Source of the DNA: the human T2T-CHM13v2.0 reference genome, Homo sapiens
Assembly: GCF_009914755.1 (NCBI RefSeq)
Contig: NC_060933.1
Strand: one strand, 5' to 3'
Length of the DNA stretch: 64,000 bases
In this document: positions 29,216 through 44,800 of the stretch, piece after piece
Position numbering within the stretch: position 1 is the stretch's first letter
Layout: the number at the start of each line of letters is the position of its first letter
Translations under genes and position numbers: made by a program
Notes under the pieces: model-generated
What the model was told of the DNA's origin: nothing
The model's database searches: none
Seen by the model: the letters and a program-made list of their open reading frames with translations, nothing else

Positions 29216-32200
29216 GGAATGGAACGGAAAGGAATGGAATGGAATGGAATGGAATGGAATGGAATGGAATGGAATGGAATGGAATCAACGCGAGTGCAGG
29301 GGAATGGAATGGAATGGAATGCAATGGAATGGAATCTTCCGGAATGGAATGGAATGGAATAGAATGGAATGGAATGGAATAATCCCGAATGCAATGGAAT
29401 GGAGTGGAATGGAATGGAATGGAATGGAACAGCCCGAATGGAATGGAATGTAATAGAGAGTAAGGGAGTTGAATAGAATCAATCCGAATGTAATGGAATG
29501 GAATGGAACGGAATGGAATTGAATGGAATGGAATGGAATGCAATGGAATGGAATCAACCCGAGTGCAATAGAATGGAGAGGAATGGAATGGAATGGAATG
29601 GAAACTACCCGAATGGAATGGAATGTAATGGAGAGTAAGGGAATTGAATAGAATCAATCCGAATGTAATGGAATGGAATGGAACGGAATGGAATGGAATG
29701 GAATGGAATGGAATGGAATGGAATGGAATGGAATGCAATGGAATGGAATCAACCCAAGTGCAATCGAATGGAATCGAATGGAATGGAATGCAATGGAATG
29801 GATTCAACTTGAATGGAATGGAAAGAATGGAATCAACACGAGTGGAAGGGCATGGATTGGAATGCAATGGAATAGAATCAACCCGAGTACAGGGGAATGG
29901 AATGGAATGGAATGCAATGGAATGGAATCATCCGTAATGGAATGGAAAGGAATGGAATGGAATGGAATGGAATTAACTCGAATAGAATGGAATGGAATGG
30001 AATGGAATGGAATGGTATGGAATGGAATGGAATGGTACGGAATAGAATGGAATGGAACGAATTGTAATGGAATGGAATTGAATGGAATGGAATGGAATGG
30101 AATGGAATCAACGCGAGTGCAAGGGAATGTAATGGAACGGAATGCAATGGAATGGAATCATCCGGAATGGAATGGAATGGAATGGAATGGAATCAACCCG
30201 AGTGCAATGGAATGGAGTGGAATGGAATGAAATGGAATGGAACAACCCGAATGGAATGGAATGTAATGGAGAGTAAGGGAGTTGAATAGAATCAATCCGA
30301 ATGTAATGGAATGGAATGCAACGGAATGGAATGGAAAGGAATGGAATGGAATGGAATGGAATGGAATGGAATGCAATGGAATGGAATCAACCCGAGTTCA
30401 ATGGAATGGAAAGGAATGGAATGGAATGGAATGGAATGGAATGGAATGGAATGGAATGGAATGGAATCAACACGATTGCAATCGAATGGAATGGAATTAA
30501 ATTAACCCGAATAGAATGGAATGGAATGGAATGGAACGGAACGGAATGGAATGGAATGGAATGGAATGGAACGGAGCGGAACGGAACGGAATTTAATGGA
30601 ATGGAACGGAATGGAATCAACGCGAGTGCAGGGGAATGGAATGGAATGGAATGCAATGGAATGGAATCATCCGGAATGGAATGGAATGGAATGGAATGCA
30701 AAGCAATGGAATCAACTCGATTGCAATGGAATGGAATGGACTGGAAAGGAATACATTGGAATCAACCCGAGTGGAATGGAATGGAAAGGACTGGAATGGA
30801 GTGGAATGGAATGGAATGGAATGGAATGGAATCAACTCGATTGGAATGGAATGGAACGGAATGGAATGGAATGGAATTAACCCGAATAGAATGGAATGGA
30901 ATGAAACGGAATGGAACGGAACGGAATGGAATGGAATCGAATGGAATGGAATGGAATGCAATGGAATGGAATCAACCCGACTGCAGGGGAATGGAATGGA
31001 ATGGAATGCAATGGAATGGATTCAACTTGAATGGAATGGAAAGAATGGAATCAACACGAGTGGAATGGCATGGATTGGAATGGAATGGAATGGAATCAAC
31101 CCGAGTACAGGGGAATGGAATGGAATGCAATGCAATGGAATGGAATCATCCGTAATGGAATGGAAAGGAATGGAATGGAATGGAATGGAATGGAATGGAA
31201 TGGAATGGAATCAACTCGATTGCAATCGAATGGAATGGAATGGAATTAACCCGAATAGAAAGGAATGGAATGGAATTGAACGGAACGGAACGGAATGGAA
31301 TGGAATGGAATGGAATGGAACGGAAAGGAATGGAATGGAATAGAATGGAATGGAATGCAATGGAATGGAATCAACGCGAGTGCAGGGGAATGGAATGGAA
31401 TGGAATGCAATGGAATGGAATCTTCCGGAATGGAATGGAATGGAATGGAATGGAATGGAATGGAATGGAATAATCCCGAATGCAATGGAATGGAGTGGAA
31501 TGGAATGGAATGGAATGGAACAGCCCGAATGGAATGGAATGTAATAGAGAGTAAGGGAGTTGAATAGAATCAATCTGAATGTAATGGAGTGCAACGGAAT
31601 GGAATGGAATGGAATGGAATGGAATGGAATGGAATGCAATGGAATGGAATCAACCCGAGTACAATGGAATGGAATGGAATGGAATGGAATGGAATGGAAT
31701 GGAATGGAATGGAATGCCTTCAAACCGAATGGAATGGAAAGGAATGGAATCAACACGAGTGGAATGGAATGGAATGGAATGGAATGGAATGGAATGGAAT
31801 GGAATGGAATGGTATGATACGGAATAGAATGGAATGGAACGAAATGGAATGGAATGGAATGGAATGGTATGGAATGGAATGGAATGGAATGGAATCGTTC
31901 CGAGTGGAATAGGAGGGAATGTATTCGAGTGGAATGGAAAGGAATGGAATCAACCAGAGTGGAATGGAAGGGAATGGAATGGAATGGAAACTAATAGAAT
32001 GGAATCAACCGAGTGGAATGGAATGGAAAGGACTGGAATGGAATGGAATGGAATGGAATGGAATGGAATCAACTCGATTGTAATGGAATGGAATGGAATG
32101 GAATGGAATGGAATGGAATTAACCCGAATACAATGGAATGGAATGGAATGGAACGGAATGGAGTGGAATGGAATGGAATGGAATGGAACGGAATGGAGTG

Positions 32201-32899
32201 GAATGGAATGGAATCAACCCGAGTGCAGGGGAATGGAATGGAATGGAATGCAATGGAATGGAAATAACCCGAATAAAATGGAATGGAATGGAATGAAACG
32301 GAATGGAGTGGAATGGAATGGAATCAACCCGAGTGCAGGGGAATGGAATGGAATGGAATGCAATGGAATGGAATCATCCGGAATGGAATGGAATGGAATG
32401 GAATGCAAAGCAATGGAATCAACTCGATTGCAATTGCATGGAATGGAATGGAAAGGAATACATTGGAATCAACCCGAGTGGAATGGAATGGAAAGGACTG
32501 GAATGGAGTGGAATGGAATGGAATGGAATGGAATGGAATCAACTCGATTGGAATGGAATGGAATGGAATGGAATGGAATGGAATGGAATTAACCCGAATA
32601 GAATGGAATGGAATGGAATGGAACGGAACGGAACGGAATGGAATGGAATGGAATGGAATGGAATGGAATGGAATGGAATCAACCCGACTGCAGGGGAATG
32701 GAATGGAATGGAATGGAATGCAATGGAATGGATTAAACTTGAATGCAATGGAAAGAATGGAATCAACACGAGTGGAATGGCATGGATTGGAATGGAATGG
32801 AATGGAATCAACCCGAGTACAGGGGAATGGAATGGAATGGAATGCAATGGAATGGAATCATCCGTAATGGAATGGAAAGGAATGGAATGGAATGGAATA

Positions 32900-35800
32900 G
32901 AATCAACTCGATTGCAATCGAATGGAATGGAATGGAATTAACCCAAATAGAATGGAATGGAATGGAATGGAACGGAACGGAATGGAATCGAATGGAATGG
33001 AATGGAACGGATCGGAACGGAATGGAATGGAATGGAATGGAATGGAATCAACGCGAGTGCAGGGGAATGGAATGCAATGGAATGGAATCTTCCGGAATGG
33101 AATGGAATGGAATGGAATGGAATGAAATGCAATGGATTCAACTCGATTGCAATGGAATGGAATAGAATGGAATGGAATGGAATGGAATGGAATTAACCCG
33201 AATAGAATGGAATGGAATGCAATGGAACGGAATGGAACGGAATGGAATGGAAGGGAATGGAATGGAATGGTATGGAATGGAATGGAATGGTACGGAATAG
33301 AATGGAATGGAACGAATTGTAATGGAATGGAATTGAATGGAATGGAATGGAATCAACGAGAGTGCAGGGGAATGTAATGGAACGAAATGCAATGGAATGG
33401 AATCATCCGGAATGCAATGGAATGGAATGGAATGGAATGGAATCAACCCGAGTGCAATGGAATGGAGTGGAATGGAATGGAATGGAATGGAACAACACGA
33501 ATGGAATGGAATGGAATGGATAGTAAGGGAGTTGAATAGAATCAATCTGAATGTAATGGAATGTAACGCAATGGAATGGAATGGAATGGAATGGAATGCA
33601 ATGGAATGGAATCAACCCGAGTACAATGGAATGGAATGGAATGGAATGGAATGGAATGGAATGGAATGGAATCAACCCGACTGCAGGGGAATGGAATGGA
33701 ATGGAATGGAATGGAATGGAATCATCCGGAACGGAATGGACTGGAATGGAATGGAATCAACTCGATTGCAATGGAATGGAATGGAATGGAATTTAATCGA
33801 ATGGAATGGAATGGAATTAACCGGAATAGAATGGAATGGAATGGAATGGAACGGAATGGAATGGAATGGAATGGAATGGAATCAACCCGAGTGCAGGGGA
33901 ATGGAATGGAATGGAATGCAATGGAATGGAATCATCCGGAATGGAATGGAATGGAATGGAATGCAATCAACCTGATGCAATGGAATGGAGTGGAATGGAA
34001 TGGAATGGAATGGAAACATCCCGAATGGAATGGAATGTAATGGAGTGTAAGGGAATTGAATAGAATCAATCCGAATGTAATGGAATGGAATGGAATGAAA
34101 TGGAATGGAATGGAATGGAATGGAATCAACACGAGTGCAATGGAATGGATTCGAATGGAATGGAATGGAATGGAATGGAAGCAACTCGATTGGAATGGAA
34201 TGGAATGGAATGGAATGGAATGGAATGGAATTAACCCGAATAGAATGGAATGGAATGGAATTCAACGGAATGGAATGGAATGGAATGGAATGGAATGGAA
34301 TGGAATGGAATGGAATCAACCCGACTGCAGGGGAATGGAATGGAATGGAATGGAATGGAATGGAATCATCCGGAAAGGAATGGACTGGAATGGAATGGAA
34401 TCAACTCGATTGCAATGGAATGGAATGGAATGGAATTTAATCGAATGGAATGGAATGGAATTAACCGGAATAGAATGGAATGGAATGGAATGGAATGGAA
34501 CGGAATGGAATGGAATGGAATGGAATGGAATGGAATGGAATCATCCCGAGTGCAGGGGAATGGAATGGAATGGAATGCAATGGAATGGAATCATCCGGAA
34601 TGGAATGGAATGGAATGGAATGCAATCAACCTGATGCAATGGAATTGAGTGGAATGGAATGGAATGGAATGGAAACATCCCGAATGGAATGGAATGTAAT
34701 GGAGTGTAAGGGAATTGAATAGAATCAATCCGAATGTAATGGAATGGAATGGAATGAAATGGAATGGAATGGAATGGAATGGAATCAACCCGAGTGCAAT
34801 GGAATGGATTCGAATGGAATGGAATGGAATGGAATGGATTCAACAAGAATGGAATGGAAAGGAATGGAATCAACCCGAGTGTAATGGCATGGAATGGAAC
34901 GGAATGGAATGGGATGGAATGGAATGGTATGGAATAGAATGGAATAGAATGAAATGGAATGGAATGGAATGGAATGGAATGGAATGGAATGAACCCGTGT
35001 GCAATGGAATGGAATGGAATGGAATGGAATGGATTCAACTCGAATGGAATCAACTCGATTGCAATGGAATGGAATGGAATTGAAAGGAATAGAATGGAAT
35101 CAACACGAGTTGAATGGAATGGAAAGGACTGGAATGGAGTGGAATGGAATGGAATGGAATTAACACGAATAGAATGAAATGGAACGGAATGGAATGGAAT
35201 GTAATGGAATGCAATGGAAAGGAATCATCCGGAATGGAATGGAATGGAATGGAATGGAATGGAATGGAATGGAATGGAATCAACTCGATTTCAATGGAAT
35301 GGAATGGAATAGAATGGAATGGAATTAACACGAATAGAATGGAAAGGAATGGAATTGAATGGAACAGAAAGGAATGGAATGGAATGGAATGGAATCAACC
35401 CAAGTGCAGGGGAATGGAATGGAATAGAATTCAATGGAATGGAATCATCCGGAATGGAATGGAATGGAATGGAATGGAATGGAATGGAATCAACGCGAGT
35501 GCAGGGGAATGGAATGGAATGGAATGCAATGGAATGGAATCTTCCGGAATGGAATGGAATGGAATGGAATGGAATGAAATGCAATGGATTCAACTCGATT
35601 GCAAAGGAATGGAATAGAATGGAATGGAATGGAATGGAATGGAATTAATTCGAATAGAATGGAATGGAATGGAATGGAAGGGAATGGAACGGAATGGAAT
35701 GGAATGGAATGGAATGGAATGGTATGGAATGGAATGGAATGGTACGGAATAGAATGGAATGGAACGAATTGTAATGGAATGGAATTGAATGGAATGGAAT

Positions 35801-36070
35801 GGAATTGAATGGAATCAACGCGAGTGCAGGGGAATGTAATGGAACGGAAGGCAATGGAATGGAATCATCCAGAATGGAATGGAATGGAATGGAATGGAAT
35901 GGAATCAACCCGAGTGCAATGGAATGGTGTGGAATGGAATGGAATGGAATGGAACAACCCGAATGGAATGGAATGTAATGGAGAGTAAGGGAGTTGAATA
36001 GAATCAATCCGAATGTAATGGAATGGAATGCAACGGAATGGAATGGAATGGAATGGAATGGAATGGAATG
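32900..36070 (+). repeat. ~3.1-kb segment, copy 1 of a near-identical direct repeat (copy 2 at +5814)
   Basis: ORF-track pairs 33132/38946, 33403/39217, 33882/39696, 34056/39870 and 34715/40529 are all offset by 5814. Shared rare variants include CAACGAGAGT, GGATAGTAAG, CATCCCGAGT and CACGAGTTGA. Confidence 0.9.
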
Positions 36071-36289
36071 GAATGCAATGGAATGGAATCATCCGGAATG
36101 GAATGGAATGGAATGGAATGGAATGGAATCAACCCGAGTGCAATGGAATGGAGTGGAATGGAATGGAATGGAATGGAACAACCCGAATGGAATGGAATGG
36201 AATGGAGAGTAAGGGAGTTGAATAGAATCAATCCGAATGTAATGGAATGGAATGCAACGGAATGGAATGGAATGGAATGGAATGGAATG

Positions 36290-38100
36290 CAATGGAATGG
36301 AATCAACCCGAGTACAATGGAATGGAATGGAATGGAATGGAATGGAATGGAATGGAATGGAATTGAATGGATTGGAATGCCTTCAAACCGAATGGAATGG
36401 AAAGGAATGCAATCAACACGAGTGGAATGGAATGGAATGGAAAGGAATGGAATGGTACGGAATAGAATGCAATGGAACGAAATGGAATGGAATGGAATGG
36501 AATAGAATGGAATCGTTCAGAGTGGAATAGGAGGGAACGTATTCGAGTGGAATGGAAAGGAATGGAATCAACCAGAGTGGAATGGAAGGGAATGGAATGG
36601 AATGGAAACTAATAGAATGGAATCAACCCGAGAGGAATGGAATGGAAATGACTGGAATGGAATGGAATGGAATGGAATGGAATGGAATGGAATCAACTCG
36701 ATTGTAATGGATTGGAATGGAATGGAATTGAACGGAATGGAATGGAATTAACCCGAATAAAACGGAATGGAATGGAATGGAACGGAATGGAGTGGAATGG
36801 AATGGAATCAACCCGAGTGCAGGGGAATGGAATGGAATGGAATGCAATGGAATGGAATCATCCGGAATGGAATGGAATGGAATGGAATGCAAAGCAATGG
36901 AATCAACTCGATTGCAATGGAATGGAATGGAATGGAAAGGAATACATTGGAATCAACCCGAGTGGAATGGAATGGAAAGGACTGGAATGGAGTGGAATGG
37001 AATGGAATGGAATGGAATGGAATCAACTCGATTGGAATGGAATGGAATGGAATGGAATGGAATGGAATGGAATTAACCCGAATAGAATGGAATGGAATTA
37101 AATGGAAAGGAACGGAATGGAATGGAATGGAATGGAATGGAATGGAATGGAATCAACCCGACTGAAGGGGAATGGAATGGAATGGAATGCAATGGAATGG
37201 AATCAACCCGAGTACAATGGAATGGAATGGAATGGAATGGAATGGAATGGAATGGAATGGAATGGAATTGAATGGATTGGAATGCCTTCAAACCGAATGG
37301 AATGGAAAGGAATGGAATCAACACGAGTGGAATGGAATGGAATGGAAAGGAATGGAATGGAATGGAATGGTACGGAATAGAATGGAATGGAACGAAATGG
37401 AATGCAATGGAATGGAATAGAATGGAATCGTTCAGAGTGGAATAGGAGGGAACGTATTCGAGTGGAATGGAAAGGAATGGAATCAACCAGAGTGGAATGG
37501 AAGGGAATGGAATGGAATGGAAACTAACAGAATGGAATCAACCCGAGTGGAATGGAATGGAAATGACTGGAATGGAATGGAATGGAATGGAATGGAATGG
37601 AATGGAATGGAATCAACTCGATTGTAATGGATTGGAATGGAATGGAATTGAATGGAATGGAATGGAATTAACCCGAATAAAACGGAATGGAATGGAATGC
37701 AACGGAATGGAGTGGAATGGAATGGAATCAACCCGAGTGCAGGGGAATGGAATGGAATGGAATGCAATGGAATGGAATCATCCGGAATGGAATGGAATGG
37801 AATGGAATGCAAAGCAATGGAATCAACTCGATTGCAATGGAATGGAATGGAATGGAAAGGAATACATTGGAATCAACCCGAGTGGAATGGAATGGAAAGG
37901 ACTGGAATGGAGTGGAATGGAATGGAATGGAATGGAATGGAATCAACTCGATTGGAATGGAATGGAATGGAATGGAATGGAATGGAATGGAATTAACCCG
38001 AATAGAATGGAATGGAATTAAATGGAAAGGAACGGAATGGAATGGAATGGAATGGAATGGAATGGAATGGAATGAACCCGACTGCAGGGGAATGGAATGG
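36290..38100 (+). repeat. ~0.91-kb tandem duplication
   Basis: GGATTGGAATGCCTTC (offset 905), CGTTCAGAG...GGGAACGTATTC (36514/37429), GAAATGACTGG (offset 915), CCGAATAAAACGG and GAATTAAATGGAAAGG (offset 920). Confidence 0.9.
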
Positions 38101-38714
38101 AATGGAATGCAATGGAATGGATTCAACTTGAATGGAATGGAAAGAATGGAATCAACACGAGTGGAATGGCATGGATTGCAATGGAATGGAATGGAATCAA
38201 CCCGAGTACAGGGGAATGGAATGGAATGGAATTCAATGGAATGGAATCATCCGTAATGGAATGGAAAGGAATGGAATGGAATGGAATGGAATGGAATGGA
38301 AAGGAATCAACTCGATTTCAATGGAATGGAATGGAATGGAATTAACCCGAATAGAATGGAATGGAATGGAATGGAACGGAATGGAACGGAATGGAATGCA
38401 ATGGAATGGAATGGAACGGAACGGAACGGAATGGAATGGAATGGAATGGAATGGAATGGAATCAACGCGAGTGCAGGGGAATGGAATGTAATGGAATGCA
38501 ATGGAATGGAATCTTCCGGAATGGAATGGAATGGAATGGAATCAACCCGAGTGCAATGGAATGGAGTGGAATGGAATGGAATGGAATGGAAACTACCCGA
38601 ATGGAATGGCATGTAATGGAGTGTAAGGGAATTGAATAGAATCAATCCGAAAGGAATGGAATGGAATGGAACGGAATGGAATGGAATGGAACGGAATGGA
38701 ATGGAATGGAATGG

Positions 38715-41700
38715 AATCAACTCGATTGCAATCGAATGGAATGGAACGGAATTAACCCAAATAGAATGGAATGGAATGGAATGGAACGGAACGGAATGGA
38801 ATCGAATGGAATGGAATGGAACGGAACGGAACGGAATGGAATGGAATGGAATGGAATGGAATCAACGCGAGTGCAGGGGAATGGAATGCAATGGAATGGA
38901 ATCTTCCGGAATGGAATGGAATGGAATGGAATGGAATGAAATGCAATGGATTCAACTCGATTGCAATGGAATGGAATAGAATGGAATGGAATGGAATGGA
39001 ATGGAATTAACCCGAATAGAATGGAATGGAATGCAATGGAACGGAATGGAACGGAATGGAATGGAAGGGAATGGAATGGAATGGTATGGAATGGAATGGA
39101 ATGGTACGGAATAGAATGGAATGTAACGAATTGTAATGGAATGGAATTGAATGGAATGGAATGGAATCAACGAGAGTGCAGGGGAATGTAATGGAACGAA
39201 ATGCAATGGAATGGAATCATCCGGAATGCAATGGAATGGAATGGAATGGAATGGAATCAACCCGAGTGCAATGGAATGGAGTGGAATGGAATGGAATGGA
39301 ATGGAACAACACGAATGGAATGCAATGTAATGGATAGTAAGGGAGTTGAATAGAATCAATCTGAATGTAATGGAATGCAACGGAATGGAATGGAATGGAA
39401 TGGAATGGAATGCAATGGAATGGAATCAACCCGAGTACAATGGAATGGAATGGAATGGAATGGAATGGAATGGAATGGAATGGAATCAACCCGACTGCAG
39501 GGGAATGGAATGGAATGCAATGGAATGGAATGGAATCATCCGGAACGGAATGGACTGGAATGGAATGGAATCAACTCGATTGCAATGGAATGGAATGGAA
39601 TGGAATTTAATCGAATGGAATGGAATGGAATTAACCGGAATAGAATGGAATGGAATGGAATGGAACGGAATGGAATGGAATGGAATGGAATGGAATCAAC
39701 CCGAGTGCAGGGGAATGGAATGGAATGGAATGCAATGGAATGGAATCATCCGGAATGGAATGGAATGGAATGGAATGCAATCACCCTGATGAAATGGAAT
39801 GGAGTGGAATGGAATGGAATGGAATGGAAACATCCCGAATGGAATGGAATGTAATGGAGTGTAAGGGAATTGAATAGAATCAATCCGAATGTAATGGAAT
39901 GGAATGGAATGAAATGGAATGGAATGGAATGGAATGGAATCAACCCGAGTGCAATGGAATGGATTCGAATGGAATGGAATGGAATGGAATGGAATCAACT
40001 CGATTGGAATGGAATGGAATGGAATGGAATGGAATGGAATGGAATTAACCCGAATAGAATGGAATGGAATGGAATTGAACGGAATGGAATGGAATGGAAT
40101 GGAATGGAATGGAATGGAATGGAATGGAATCAACCCGACTGCAGGGGAATGGAATGGAATGGAATGGAATGGAATGGAATCATCCGGAAAGGAATGGACT
40201 GGAATGGAATGGAATCAACTCGATTGCAATGGAATGGAATGGAATGGAATTTAATCGAATGGAATGGAATGGAATTAACCGGAATAGAATGGAATGGAAT
40301 GGAATGGAACGGAATGGAATGGAATGGAATGGAATGGAATGGAATGGAATGGAATCATCCCGAGTGCAGGGGAATGGAATGGAATGGAATGCAATGGAAT
40401 GGAATCATCCGGAATGGAATGGAATGGAATGGAATGCAATCAACCTGATGCAATGGAATTGAGTGGAATGGAATGGAATGGAATGGAAACATCCCGAATG
40501 GAATGGAATGTAATGGAGTGTAAGGGAATTGAATAGAATCAATCCGAATGTAATGGAATGGAATGGAATGAAATGGAAAGGAATGGAATGGAATGGAATC
40601 AACCCGAGTGCAATGGAATGGATTCGAATGGAATGGAATGGAATGGAATGGATTCAACAAGAATGGAATGGAAAGGAATGGAATCAACCCGAGTGTAATG
40701 GCATGGAATGGAACGGAATGGAATGGGATGGAATGGAATGGTATGGAATAGAATGGAATAGAATGAAATGGAATGGAATGGAATGGAATGGAATGGAATG
40801 GAATGGAATGAACCCGTGTGCAATGGAATGGAATGGAATGGAATGGAATGGATTCAACTCGAATGGAATCAACTCGATTGCAATGGAATGGAATGGAATT
40901 GAAAGGAATAGAATGGAATCAACACGAGTTGAATGGAATGGAAAGGACTGGAATGGAGTGGAATGGAATGGAATGGAATTAACACTAATAGAATGAAATG
41001 GAATGGAATGGAATGGAATGTAATGGAATGCAATGGAAAGGAATCATCCGGAATGGAATGGAATGGAATGGAATGGAATGGAATCAACTCGATTTCAATG
41101 GAATGGAATGGAATAGAATGGAATGGAATTAACACGAATAGAATGGAAAGGAATGGAATTGAATGGAACAGAAAGGAATGGAATGGAATGGAATGGAATC
41201 AACCCAAGTGCAGGGGAATGGAATGGAATGGAATTCAATGGAATGGAATCATCCGGAATGGAATGGAATGGAATGGAATGGAATGGAATCAACGCGAGTG
41301 CAGGGGAATGGAATGGAATGGAATGCAATCGAATGGAATCTTCCGGAATGGAATGGAATGGAATGGAATGGAATGAAATGCAATGGATTCAACTCGATTG
41401 CAAAGGAATGGAATAGAATGGAATGTAATGGAATGGAATGGAATTAATTCGAATAGAATGGAATGGAATGCAATGGAACGGAATGGAACGGAATGGAATG
41501 GAATGGAATGGAATGGAATGGAATGGAATGGAACGGAATGGAATGGAATCAACGCGAGTGCAGGGGAATGTAATGGAACGGAAGGCAATGGAATGGAATC
41601 ATCCAGAATGGAATGGAATGGAATGGAATGGAATGGAATGGAATGGAATCAACCCGAGTGCAATGGAATGGTGTGGAATGGAATGGAATGGAATGGAACA

Positions 41701-41820
41701 ACCCGAATGGAATGGAATGTAATGGAGAGTAAGGGAGTTGAATAGAATCAATCCGAATGTAATGGAATGGAATGCAACGGAATGGAATGGAATGGAATGG
41801 AATGGAATGGAATGGAATGG
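38715..41820 (+). repeat. ~3.1-kb segment, copy 2 of the 5814-bp-offset direct repeat
   Basis: Matches 32900-36070. The offset falls to 5804, 5799 and 5744 near the end through loss of pentamers and of the GGTATGG...GAACGAATTGT module. Confidence 0.9.
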
Positions 41821-44800
41821 AATGCAAAGGAATGGAATCAACCCGAGTGGAATGGCATGGAATGGAATGCAATGGATTGGAATGGAATGGAATCAACTCG
41901 AGTGGAAAGGAATGCAATAGAATGGAAAGGAATGGAATGAAGTCAACTCAAGAGGAAAGGAATGGAATGGAATGGATTGGAATGGATTGCAATGGAATGA
42001 AATGGAATGGAATGGAATGGAATCAATCATGGAAGGGAATGTAATGGAGTGGAAAGAAAGGAATGGAATCAACCCGAGTGGAATGCAAGGCAATGGAATG
42101 GAATGGAAAGGAATGGAATGGAATCAACTCGATTGCAATGGAATGGAATGGAATGGAATGGAATGGATTGGAATGGAATGCAATTAACCGGAATAGAATG
42201 GAATGGAATGGAATGGAACGGAATGGAATGGAATGGAAGGGAATGGAATCAACACGAGTGCAGGGGAATGGAATGGAATGGAATGGAATGCAATGGAATG
42301 GAATCATCTGGAATGGAATGGAATGGAATGGAATCAACTCCATTGCAATGGAATGGAATGGAATGGAATGGAATGGAATAGAATGGAATGGAATTAACCC
42401 GAATAGAATGGAATGCAATAGAATGGAATGCAATGGAACCGAATGGAGTGGAATGGAATGGAATGGAATCAACCCGAGTACAGAGGAATGGAATGGAATG
42501 GAATGCAATGGAATGGAGTCATCCGTAATGGAATGGAAAGGAATGGAATGGAATGGAATGGAATGGAAGGGAATGGAATGGAATGGAATCAACTCGATGG
42601 CAATCGAATGGAATGGAATGGAATTAACCCGAATAGAATGGAATGGAATGGAATGGAATGGAACGGAATGGAATGGAATGGAATGGAACGGAACAAAATG
42701 GAATGGAATGGAATGGAATGGAATCAACGCGAGTGCAGGGGAATGGAATGGAATGGAATGCAATGGAATGGAATCTTCCAGAATGGAATGGAATGGAATG
42801 GAATGGAATGAAAGGCAATGGATTCAACTCGATTGCAATGGAATGGAATAGAATGGAATGGAATGGAATGGAATGGAATGGAATGGAATTGAATGGAATG
42901 GAATGCCTTCAAACCGAATGGAATGGAAAGGAATGGAATCAACACGAGTGGAAAGGAATGGAATGGAAAGGAATGGAATGGAATGGAATGGTACGGAATA
43001 GAACGGAATGGAACGAACTGGAATGGAATGGAATGGAATGGAATGGAATGGAATGGAATCGTTCCGAGTGGAATAGGAGGGAATGTATTCGAGTGGAATG
43101 GAAAGGAATGGAATCAACCAGAGTGGAATGGAAGGGAATGGAATGGAATGGAAACTAATAGAATGGAATCAAGCCGATTGGAATGGAATGGAAAGGACTG
43201 GAATGGAATGGAATGGAATGGAATGGAATGGAATGGAATCAACTCGATTGTAATGGAATGGAATGGAATGGAATGGAATGGAATGGAATGGAATGGAATT
43301 AACCCGAATAAAATGGAATGGAATGGAATGGAACGGAATGGAGTGGAATGGAATGGAATCAACCCGAGTGCAGGAGAATGGAATGGAATGGAATGCAATG
43401 GAATGGAATCATCCGGAATGGAATGGAATGGAATGGAATGCAAAGCAATGGAATCAACTCAATTGCAATGGAATGGAATGGAGTGGAAAGGAATAGAATG
43501 GAATCAACCCGAGTGTTATGGAATGGAAAGGACTGGAATGGAGTGGAATGGAATGGAATGGAATGGAATCAACTCGATTGGAATGGAATGGAATAGAATG
43601 GAATGGAATGGAATGGAATGGAATTAACCCGAATAGAATGGAATGGCATGGAATTGAACGGAACGGAATGGAATGGAATGGAATGGAATGGAATGGAATG
43701 GAATGGAGTCAACCCGACTGCAGGGGAATGGAATGGAATGGAATGGAATGAAATGGAATGGAATGGAATGGAATGGAATCATCCGGAACGGAATGGAATT
43801 GAATGGAATGGAATCAACTCGATTACAATGGAATGGAATGGAATGGAATGGAATGGAATGGAATGGAATGGAATGGAATTCACCCGAATAGAATGGAATG
43901 GAATGGAATGGAAAGGAATGGAAGGGAAGGAAATGGAATGTAATCAACCCGAGTGCAGGGGAATGGAATGGAATGGAATGCGATGGAATGGAATCATCCG
44001 GAATGGAATGGAATGGAATGGAATGGAATGGAATGGAATGGTATCAACCCGAATGCAGGGGAATGTAATGGAACGGAATGCAATGGAATGGAATCATCCG
44101 GAATGGAATGGAATGGAATGGAATGGAATGGAATCAACCCGAGTGCAATGGAATGGAGTGGAATGGAATGGAATGGAATGGAACAACCCGAATGGAATGG
44201 AATGTAATGGAGAGTAAGGGAGTTGAATAGAATCAATCCGAATGTAATGGAATGGAATGCAACGGAATGGAATGGAATGGAATGCAATGGAATTGAATGG
44301 AATGGAATGCAAAGGAATGGAATCAACCCGAGTGGAATGGCATGGAATGGAATGCAATGGATTGGAATGGAATGGAATCAACTCGAGTGGAAAGGAATGG
44401 AATGGAATGGAATGGAAAGGAATGGAATGAAGTCAACTCGAGTGGAATGGAGTGGAAAGTAATGGAATGGAATGGATTGGAATGGATTGCAATGGAATGA
44501 AATGGAATGGAATGGAATGGAATCAATCATTCCGAGTGGAATGGAAGGGAATGTAATGGAGTGGAAAGAAGGGAATGGAATCAACCCGAGTGGAATGCAA
44601 GGCAATGGAATGGAATGGAAAGGAATGGAATGGAATCAACTCGATTGCAATGGAATGGAATGGAATGGAATGGAACGGAATGGAATCAACACGAGTGCAG
44701 GGGAATGGAATGGAATGGAATGCAATGGAATGGAATAATCCGGAATGGAATGGAACGGAATGGAATCAACTCCATTGCAATGGAATGGAATGGAATGGAA

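Noticed and set aside
36070-44500. A full tandem 5.8-kb higher-order repeat
   Set aside because: The 5814 offset holds for only ~3.1 kb; sequence after 41820 does not match 36070-38715.
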